DNA from: a virus | Taxonomy: Duplodnaviria; Caudoviricetes | Direction: 5' to 3' (one strand) | Length of the DNA stretch: 56,915 nt | Virus record (IMG/VR): IMGVR_UViG_3300007735_000758 | Coordinates: 1-56,915 of that record | Shown here: positions 49,871 to 56,915 of the stretch, piece by piece | How positions within the stretch are numbered: position 1 is the stretch's first letter | Layout of the letters: every line of letters begins with the position of its first letter | Notes under the pieces: generated by a model | The model's database searches: none | What the model was told of the DNA's origin: nothing | What the model saw: only the letters and a program-made list of their open reading frames with translations | Made by a program: the position numbers and the translations under genes

Positions 49871-51774
49871 TTCATGCCGTCCGGTTGAATCTGAAGACGG
49901 TTAGACCCAAGTCTCCACTTGTACACAGGATCTCCACCCGTGAAAGACTCTGCCTTCAATACAATCTGTCGCGCCCGAATACGCAAATTCTTCTGCGTAG
50001 AAGTTGGGATCTCTCCCTGCACAAGCACAGTGTTTGTCTGATACCCTGATTGGCTCATCGGATAATTGACACCGTACACCTGCACATTCACCTTCTTCGT
50101 AATTCCAGCAGCACTCACCCTTGGATCGGTAACAAACTGGACGTCAGGGATAATCCTGCTGATGAAGGAGAACTGCTCCCCATCTTCGATGTCGATAGGG
50201 CCAGAGGTAACGTGAGCAACAATGTTAGATCCATCAGCAGTATATCCGTACTCGTGCTGGTAGAGGCTAGTCGTAGTATTCTTCTCTGTTAAATCTCCAT
50301 TCGGCATAGCGCCAATAGGAAATCCATCCGTAGCCAGATCCAACCATGCAGTACGATTCATCGTTCCTATCGTCCACAGGTTCTCAACGTAGTTGTAGCA
50401 AACGTATCGGCTATTCTCTCCAGTTCCATCTGTAACACTGGGATACCACCAGTAGATCTCATTGAACTGAGCGTTTACTCCAGCAGCTACCTTCTGCTTC
50501 TGCGACCATTCCAAGTCTGAGAACACATAGCTCAACACAGGACACTGCATCTTAACAACACTTCCGCTGTACATATAGAAGTTGTTGTTGTCCATCCAGT
50601 AGACTGTGCCTCTGGCGTCTACGCCAGCCTTAGGCCCGATAATCGAGACAGACTCGCCAATCCGGGTGAAGCTAAAGGTGTAGGGCGGTCCCGTATATGC
50701 CATCGCAAACAGCGCCTTGTCCGTAAAGACAAGGATCTGCTGTTGGGTAGGAATAGCAGAAACGATCTCAGAACCGTTGGAGATGGTGAAACCTCCAGCA
50801 GTGTTGTCCGTCCTGGGTTCCCAGTCCAGATAATCTTCCTGGGAAGACCAACGAACCAGCAAAAGGTTCTGGCTTGAAGATCCTATCTCGTTGCATCCGA
50901 AGGCAATCAAATGCCTATCAACGTCAGAGACAAGTACCTGAGACGCTACCGTAGGCGCATCGTTAGCGCCAGCAATAGAGGATAAAGACACCGCTCTCGT
51001 ATTAAGAGGGTCAACCCCGCTAGCGGTCCAGAAGTAGATGTCTCCATACCTGGGGTTGATAACCAAGTCCTGGCCGTAGTTAGAGTTCGACCAAAACCTA
51101 AGATTATCGGTAGGGCTGACTGGCGCAAATGCACTACCCCAAGGACCACGACCCCAAGGGCCTGATCCCCATCCGGTAGCATACACCTGAGTGTTCAAGC
51201 CAACACTGATCTGAAAAGCAGCACTAACGCTAGCCCCTCCTCCTGAAGTGGAAGGAGTAATCGTAGCGCCAGCAGGGAACACAACGTAGAAATTGGTGGC
51301 GTCAATAACTTCAGTCACCTGTACTTCTACATTCAATTGATCTGCTGTAAAGCCGTCAAATCCAGTAGCCCCAGAGAAGGTTACCCAATCGCATTCGATT
51401 GCATCGTGACCTGTAGGAGTCGTCACCTTCATCTTCCCAGTGCCTACTTCCTGCGTCTGGAAAGGATTGCTCCCTAGGGCAATCGTTGCTCTAATCGGGG
51501 TGATGTCGTTAATGTATTGACCAGCTTCGATGTAATACTTCTGATTTGTTCCCAAACCAATAAACCTCTCTAGCGAGAGAGAGGTCCATTGAATCATCGA
51601 CCTGCAAGTGCCGTAGATGGTTTCAGCATCTGCATATGCCTGCCATCCACCAATCACCTCCGGGAAACCCAACCTAAACCTAATCTTGTCTGAGTCGTAC
51701 CAAGACCCTTCAGAAGAGTATTCGGTAACGTCCTTGACGATCCCAGGTTTAGGTTGGATTTTTACCAGAGGCAT
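49867..51774 (-). CDS. Tail nozzle/DNA stabilisation protein (beta-propeller type)
   Basis: 635 aa (VRWSSQED...W, FNEIYWWYPS, YVCYNY.EN.W.IG...RTAW.D); upstream of the ejection genes. Confidence 0.75.
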   Translation of the reverse strand: MPLVKIQPKPGIVKDVTEYSSEGSWYDSDKIRFRLGFPEVIGGWQAYADAETIYGTCRSMIQWTSLSLERFIGLGTNQKYYIEAGQYINDITPIRATIALGSNPFQTQEVGTGKMKVTTPTGHDAIECDWVTFSGATGFDGFTADQLNVEVQVTEVIDATNFYVVFPAGATITPSTSGGGASVSAAFQISVGLNTQVYATGWGSGPWGRGPWGSAFAPVSPTDNLRFWSNSNYGQDLVINPRYGDIYFWTASGVDPLNTRAVSLSSIAGANDAPTVASQVLVSDVDRHLIAFGCNEIGSSSQNLLLVRWSSQEDYLDWEPRTDNTAGGFTISNGSEIVSAIPTQQQILVFTDKALFAMAYTGPPYTFSFTRIGESVSIIGPKAGVDARGTVYWMDNNNFYMYSGSVVKMQCPVLSYVFSDLEWSQKQKVAAGVNAQFNEIYWWYPSVTDGTGENSRYVCYNYVENLWTIGTMNRTAWLDLATDGFPIGAMPNGDLTEKNTTTSLYQHEYGYTADGSNIVAHVTSGPIDIEDGEQFSFISRIIPDVQFVTDPRVSAAGITKKVNVQVYGVNYPMSQSGYQTNTVLVQGEIPTSTQKNLRIRARQIVLKAESFTGGDPVYKWRLGSNRLQIQPDGMK

Positions 51775-51777
51775 ACA

Positions 51778-51996
51778 TTAGGCAACTACAGGTTCAAGCT
51801 CTTCTTTCTTTCGGCTGTGCTTCAGTTCCTCAGAGAAGAACTTCAGCGCCACATTCAACTGATCGGCGCTAAACTGAACTTGCGTCAGCTTCGCCTGAAG
51901 GTCAGAAATCTGAGACACCAAGTATTTCTGACGATCACTTAACTCACTCATGAATACTCGTTCGTTGTCAATGTAGATGAATTGATCTGGATTCAT
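51778..51996 (-). CDS. Small coiled-coil protein
   Basis: 72 aa, in the operon. Confidence 0.65.
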   Translation of the reverse strand: MNPDQFIYIDNERVFMSELSDRQKYLVSQISDLQAKLTQVQFSADQLNVALKFFSEELKHSRKKEELEPVVA

Positions 51997-52012
51997 ACTC
52001 TACATTCTACTA

Positions 52013-52330
52013 CTACAGCTTGGCTACTGCCTTCATCTGCTGATACGCTACTTCCACGGCGCGACCAATAATTTCCTTCGGCACCTGAGGAAGACGCCGT
52101 TGCGCCTGCTGGATAGCAATGTCCTTTATCACTTCTCCCTTGCTCTTGGATCCGTCCAACATCGCTTGCACTCCCCACTGCTTTGCAAGAACGATGATCT
52201 CATCGTCAAACTTGTTTGGGGTATACACCGCAGCAATTTCGACAATCGGATAGACGACAGACACATAATCCAAGAACTTGGTAGCAGCACTACGAGAGAA
52301 CAGCTTCTTCGCAAAAGACTTGAAGGACAT
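52013..52330 (-). CDS. Hypothetical protein (holin-like possibility)
   Basis: 105 aa with TPNKFDD; SD AGGAG. Confidence 0.6.
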   Translation of the reverse strand: MSFKSFAKKLFSRSAATKFLDYVSVVYPIVEIAAVYTPNKFDDEIIVLAKQWGVQAMLDGSKSKGEVIKDIAIQQAQRRLPQVPKEIIGRAVEVAYQQMKAVAKL

Positions 52331-52337
52331 AAGACTC

Positions 52338-52709
52338 CTAAGAAAGATTCTTTAGCTTGTAAAGGGTAGAAGCAAGAAGAGACAGAATGCTGTCTACGGT
52401 ATTCTGCAAGTGGCTTTCGCTACCGATTTGGCTACGATTGTTTGTGACGTAATGATACAGTTCCTCTACGAAATCAACAGCGTTCTTAGGAGGGGTAAAC
52501 TTCTCAGCCGGGAAGGAGTCAATCACTCCATGCACTCCCATGCACTCTTCCGCTAGAGAATCCGTCAATTCTTCAAGCTCTTCGTAAAGGTTTCCCAATG
52601 CCTTGTGCGCTGCAAAGCTCCCAGGGCCTTTAGCCTGGAGATGCAGCATATGCGCTGCCGTCACGCCGTGCAGCAGCTTAGAGATCAAATCAGATTGAGG
52701 CTTTGCCAT
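52338..52709 (-). CDS. Dps/ferritin-like four-helix protein (DUF5856-like)
   Basis: AHMLHLQ..G..SFAAHKALG.LYEEL.ELTDSLAE...TLYKL..L. Confidence 0.75.
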   Translation of the reverse strand: MAKPQSDLISKLLHGVTAAHMLHLQAKGPGSFAAHKALGNLYEELEELTDSLAEECMGVHGVIDSFPAEKFTPPKNAVDFVEELYHYVTNNRSQIGSESHLQNTVDSILSLLASTLYKLKNLS

Positions 52710-52712
52710 AGT

Positions 52713-53039
52713 TTATTTCCAAGGTGGAGGTAAAGGAATCGTCGGAGGGTTCTTCTGGTCTGCAATGTTTTGCGCCAGACTTGCATCGTATTGAGCAACG
52801 ACCTCCTGCGTGAGGATAGAAACTACCCATCCCTGTACCTGCGCTTTCGTCAGGTCTGCGAATGCAGTGTAATTGCTAGGGTTGGGAGGGCCAAGGGAAA
52901 CCTGACCATATACGCTACTAGCGTAGTTGCCGTCAACGGCTGTGCGCCGCCAATCGACAGTGATAACCACATCCGTCAAAGAACCTTCTACGGGCTTGAC
53001 GGTGAGGGGGTTGAGGATCCAATCGTAAATAATTGCCAT
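52713..53039 (-). CDS. Tail-fibre-associated small protein
   Basis: DVVITVDWR...F.DLT..QV.GWV...LPPPW; directly downstream of the fibre gene. Confidence 0.7.
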   Translation of the reverse strand: MAIIYDWILNPLTVKPVEGSLTDVVITVDWRRTAVDGNYASSVYGQVSLGPPNPSNYTAFADLTKAQVQGWVVSILTQEVVAQYDASLAQNIADQKNPPTIPLPPPWK

Positions 53040-53049
53040 ATGTGTCCTT

Positions 53050-55818
53050 TTACATCGCTACCCAGGCACCGTTGATTCGGCCCTGCATCTGGTTGTCGGT
53101 CGTGTTGTAGATAATCATGCCGTTTACCGCAGTGAGCGCGTTTCGTTCCGTTGTCGTAAGGCGCGGCACAAGTAATGCGCCAGTAGTACCAGCGATCTCT
53201 AATCTTGCCGACGCCGCCGGACTCGCCGTTCCAATACCGACGTTGCCGCCGTTGGTGATTTGCATACGCTCCGTCAGCGTGGCAATGTTTCCCCCCGTGC
53301 CACTCGGGGCGGTGAAGATCTTTGTGTCCCCAGCGGTAAGCTGCAATAAAGAGGCCGCTCCGGTGTTTAAGTACCTCCAGTTAACCCCGTCGAAGCGGAG
53401 ATTATTCCCGATATCCGACGATGCGCTGCCACCGTCAAGAGCGTTAATGATAGTGTAATTGCCAATTGCCAACTTGCCCTGAGGGCTCGCCGTTCCGATA
53501 CCGACGTTCCCATCTTTGTTGATTCTGACTCGCTCAGAGCCATTGGAGCTGAAGTTGGTACTCGTGTAGAATACCATCTCCATGCCATTCCCATCAGAGT
53601 TGAACGTGGCTCCAAGGCGAACCGGAGATGCGCTTTGATTGACGTAGTTCCAGTCTATTGAATTTACTGCGGTGACACCACTGTAGGTGGCGCTAAGGGT
53701 CAGGCCAGCGGTTACAGCAGGGCCAGTGATGGTCCCAACATTGGTGTTCAGGATCGAGCGGATAGTTGATCCAGTTCCAATACCGATATTTCCGCTGGCG
53801 TTAATGCGCATGCGCTCAGTTAACGATGTGTCACCTGTGGCATTTCGTGTGGAAAACGCAAGATCGCTTTGTCCATTGGTGAAACCACTGACCAATAAAC
53901 TTTTTATGGCACAACCAGGAACAGCTCCATTGGTGACTTGGGCAGCGAACAACAGCGCGCCACCATTTCCAGGAGAGACACCAGTATCGGCGATTAAAAT
54001 CGAACCTCCCTTGTTTCCAGAGTCTGTAAGTGCAGCGGTTGTCTGACCAGAACCACTGACCTGCGTCTGATAAGCCGGATTCGTTGTTCCAATACCGACG
54101 TTGCCGCTGGAGTCGATACGCATCTTCTCAGAGCCACCGCCCTCGCTAAATACCAACGCATTGTTTGCTGAGTTCGAGCCAATCCAATAGGCAGAACCGC
54201 TAGAGTACCCCACGCCAACGGCATAGGGTTCGCTATTTGCTACAAATACCGATCTTCCGCCAGATACATGGAGCCTATAAGATGGAGTCGTTCCAATGCC
54301 AACATTGCCGCCGTAACCTTGCAAAGTTAAATTTGACGCCACCGCACCACCGTTAAAATTCACACCCTGAATATACGGCGACCCATCTACGCTCGTAGCG
54401 CCGACTGCTAACTGATATCCGCTGGAAGCATTGGCACGAACCGTGAAGCCAGCGTTTGAGTTTGAGGTGGCAAGCGTACTGGCAGATTGGTTCAACGACC
54501 CAACTACAACCAGCTTTGCGTTAGTTGATTCTGTCGCAGGACTCGCCGTCCCAATGCCGACATTGCCGCCGTTCTGAAGCCGCATTACTTCAGTCGCGCC
54601 GTTGTTCCCCGCCTGGAAGATAATATCCGCGCCAGTCGTGCCAACGCCAGAGGTGGACCGCAGGGTAAGAGTAGAGGTGGTTCCTGTGCCGCCGATAACA
54701 AGCGGAACAGTTGCGCTCGTTGTAATCGTAGGAGTCGCAATCGTAGGCGATGTGCCGAATACAAGCGCCCCACTACCCGTTTCGTCCGTTACCGCAGAAG
54801 CCAGATTCGCACTGGAAGGGGTAGCAAGGAACGTAGCAACATTAGACCCCAGGCCAGAGACACCCGTGCTAATCGGCAAACCCGTACAGTTCGTCAGTGT
54901 TCCAGAGGTCGGAGTGCCAAGAATTGGGGTTACCAGCGTAGGAGTGTTTGCAAATACATTAGCCCCAGTTCCCGTTTCATCCGTAAGTGCAGCAGCAAGA
55001 TTTGCGGAAGAAGGAGTAGCTAAAAAAGTAGCAACATTTGCCGCAAGACCGGATACACCTGTAGAAATTGGAAGCCCAGTGCAGTTTGTTAGGGTTCCAG
55101 AAGTTGGCGTACCCAAGAGCGGGGTGACCAACGTGGGGGAGGTAGCAAGAACGACAGAACCCGTACCCGTTACAGCACTAACCTGCGTACCGTTGATCCG
55201 CAAGACATTCCCGGCACCAGCAGTGTCAAGCGTCTTGTTCGTAAACGTATCGGTCGTAGCCTTGCCTACAAGCGTGTCTGTTGCGGCGGGAAGAGTAAGG
55301 GTACCTGAGGCCGTAGCATTCGCTTGCAACGTCGTGTTGCCGCTGCTAGAGCCAACAAACACAACTCCTGTAGCCTCCAACAGAGCAGTCAGCTTTAGGC
55401 TGGTTAAGACCTCTTTAGCGGAAGCACCCGACCCTGCACCGTTAAGATAAACAATCGACGAGTACCCAGGTTTGATCGTAACGGTAGAGCCAGATCCCTG
55501 CGAGATGATGACGTTCTGCCCACCTGTCGTATTGTTCTGGACAAAGTAATGCTTCTTAACCGTGTTCGGCGTAATGCTAACCGTATTCGCAGCAGCAAGC
55601 GTACCCGTAAAGCTGATTACCTTGTTCCTTCCATCGGCAGCAGTACCGTCAGGAATGTTTAAGGTATGCGTTGTACCCGTCAATGCAACAGCAACAAACC
55701 CATCAATCGCTGTATCGAACAAATCGAAGTTCGTGTTGGTAGTATTGCCCCAAGTACCAGACTGTTCACCTGTTGCAATCTTTTGGATCTTGTTATTAGA
55801 AGTATATGTAGAGGGCAT
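53050..55818 (-). CDS. Tail fibre
   Basis: N-terminal anchor GEQSGTWGNTTNTN, Thr-rich shaft, and six GN(V/I)GIGT repeats, most preceded by an (E)RMRI-like segment. Confidence 0.88.
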   Translation of the reverse strand: MPSTYTSNNKIQKIATGEQSGTWGNTTNTNFDLFDTAIDGFVAVALTGTTHTLNIPDGTAADGRNKVISFTGTLAAANTVSITPNTVKKHYFVQNNTTGGQNVIISQGSGSTVTIKPGYSSIVYLNGAGSGASAKEVLTSLKLTALLEATGVVFVGSSSGNTTLQANATASGTLTLPAATDTLVGKATTDTFTNKTLDTAGAGNVLRINGTQVSAVTGTGSVVLATSPTLVTPLLGTPTSGTLTNCTGLPISTGVSGLAANVATFLATPSSANLAAALTDETGTGANVFANTPTLVTPILGTPTSGTLTNCTGLPISTGVSGLGSNVATFLATPSSANLASAVTDETGSGALVFGTSPTIATPTITTSATVPLVIGGTGTTSTLTLRSTSGVGTTGADIIFQAGNNGATEVMRLQNGGNVGIGTASPATESTNAKLVVVGSLNQSASTLATSNSNAGFTVRANASSGYQLAVGATSVDGSPYIQGVNFNGGAVASNLTLQGYGGNVGIGTTPSYRLHVSGGRSVFVANSEPYAVGVGYSSGSAYWIGSNSANNALVFSEGGGSEKMRIDSSGNVGIGTTNPAYQTQVSGSGQTTAALTDSGNKGGSILIADTGVSPGNGGALLFAAQVTNGAVPGCAIKSLLVSGFTNGQSDLAFSTRNATGDTSLTERMRINASGNIGIGTGSTIRSILNTNVGTITGPAVTAGLTLSATYSGVTAVNSIDWNYVNQSASPVRLGATFNSDGNGMEMVFYTSTNFSSNGSERVRINKDGNVGIGTASPQGKLAIGNYTIINALDGGSASSDIGNNLRFDGVNWRYLNTGAASLLQLTAGDTKIFTAPSGTGGNIATLTERMQITNGGNVGIGTASPAASARLEIAGTTGALLVPRLTTTERNALTAVNGMIIYNTTDNQMQGRINGAWVAM

Positions 55819-55819
55819 A

Positions 55820-56251
55820 TTAGTTCGTTACAGAGCTAATCACTGCAATTGCAGTATTGGAGTTCGCGGTAGGGAATTGGATTGTCAACGTACCGGAAGA
55901 GACAGTCTTGTTGGTGCCGAAGTCTAAGACAAAAATAGACTTGTTGGATTTGGAAGAGTTGTACACAAGAGCGCCCCGGCAAGTAAACGAAGCAGAAGTC
56001 CAGCTTATATCGGCAAAGTCGAGGATCGTATAGATCCCGTCAGGAGTAACGGTAGCGGTCAACGTCTTCCCTCCAGCGGTATATCCCGTGCCGGATACTT
56101 CGTTCGTGGCGCTGTAGGCAGTCGTAGTGTTGTCGATGGTCGCAGAGTCTGTATACAGTGCGATCTTGATGACATCCGTAGAGAAATCGTGTACAGCAAG
56201 GAGCAGTTGCTCCTTAAACGAGTTGGTTACATAACTGCCTGTGAATGCCAT
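55820..56251 (-). CDS. Conserved tail-module protein
   Basis: SFKEQLL...KIALYT...NEVSGTGYTAGG...GALVYN...LDFG. Confidence 0.75.
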   Translation of the reverse strand: MAFTGSYVTNSFKEQLLLAVHDFSTDVIKIALYTDSATIDNTTTAYSATNEVSGTGYTAGGKTLTATVTPDGIYTILDFADISWTSASFTCRGALVYNSSKSNKSIFVLDFGTNKTVSSGTLTIQFPTANSNTAIAVISSVTN

Positions 56252-56907
56252 TAGCCGATATTCCTTTTGCTGTCAGGGTTCCTGTAGTTGTCCATTCTCT
56301 GCTCGTCTTCACAGACGTTCTTCAATTCAATCAGCCCAAGCTGATACAGCTTCTCGTACTGCTGCTGCATTTGAGGCTCACCCTTCAAGAAGGAATAGGC
56401 TTCAACAAGGCACCCGTAGAGCAACACTTGAGGGAAGTAGTTGCTGACCCATGTAATGTTGCTGCTTGCGCCAACAATCGTATCCGGGGTCTTGTAGTAG
56501 TAAAGAGTGTAAGTATAAGGTACGTCTGCTGATGGCGCTACAAGAAGTGTAGTGGATGAATCGCCAGATGACTGAATAGCGTAATACGAAGGAGGCCCCG
56601 TTGTGCCAGGAGAACTTCCTGTCACGCCATACGCCTCTGTTAGATACGAAGGCTCTTTAAGGAGAAGCCCAGTCTGGGTGCCTCCGATATTGACAAAGAC
56701 ACTCAGTGGCATAACGAAATCGCTGGGAGTCGTTATAGTCTGAGTTGTTACGTTGCCAGTAACGGAGGCCCTAGAGTCAGGAGACTTTACATCTCTGTTG
56801 ATACGCTGCTCTGCAAGCTGAATGATAGAATCCAGATTCGCAAGGAACGTGGTTTCGTCCGATTGAACGTAGTCCTGGATCTGCTGCTTGAGTTCAGCGT
56901 ATGTCAT
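56251..56907 (-). CDS. Head-tail adaptor-like protein
   Basis: MTYAELKQQIQDY...LAEQRI...LLYGCLVEAYSFLK. Confidence 0.75.
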   Translation of the reverse strand: MTYAELKQQIQDYVQSDETTFLANLDSIIQLAEQRINRDVKSPDSRASVTGNVTTQTITTPSDFVMPLSVFVNIGGTQTGLLLKEPSYLTEAYGVTGSSPGTTGPPSYYAIQSSGDSSTTLLVAPSADVPYTYTLYYYKTPDTIVGASSNITWVSNYFPQVLLYGCLVEAYSFLKGEPQMQQQYEKLYQLGLIELKNVCEDEQRMDNYRNPDSKRNIG

Positions 56908-56915
56908 GATGGTCT
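56789..56915. repeat. Terminal direct repeat copy 2
   Basis: Identical to 1-127. Confidence 0.97.

Noticed and set aside
1-56915. tRNA genes, introns/inteins or an alternative genetic code
   Set aside because: No cloverleaf was noticed by eye, and core genes are uninterrupted and of normal length in the standard code. tRNAscan-SE would be needed to exclude tRNAs formally.

Overview
The window is a complete, circularly assembled genome of a tailed dsDNA phage with podovirus-like gene content. Bases 1-127 repeat exactly at 56789-56915, giving a unit genome of 56,788 bp. The minus strand carries a long virion operon. It runs from terL (12739) through portal, GroES, scaffold, major capsid and small basic proteins, across the contig join into adaptor, tail fibre and nozzle genes, and ends with the ejection proteins including a 2377-aa polyvalent protein (35459). 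The plus strand carries two blocks. The first (14477-19628) holds HTH regulators, small genes and a dual-frame C5 methyltransferase. The second (20700-35517) opens with a ~950-nt ORF-poor, hairpin-dense region containing three families of repeated RNA-like modules. It continues through a Gp88-like gene, a Csx16-type ring-nuclease homologue directly followed by a type II hammerhead ribozyme, and small genes punctuated by the palindrome TGTCCAAATTTGGACA. It then passes a MoxR/DUF3150/vWA trio, an inverted primase-helicase, a Cas4-like nuclease, ERF, SSB, RuvC-like resolvase and dUTPase, ending at an M15 endolysin. No integrase, DNA polymerase, tRNA or CRISPR array was seen. The best candidate for an undescribed system is the putative first-expressed counter-defence region 20700-26324, which combines a repeated structured ncRNA, a phage Csx16, a hammerhead and a palindrome-punctuated small-gene array. 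A triple-helix double-pseudoknot RNA also lies downstream of the capsid gene. All family assignments come from motif recognition by eye, not from database searches.
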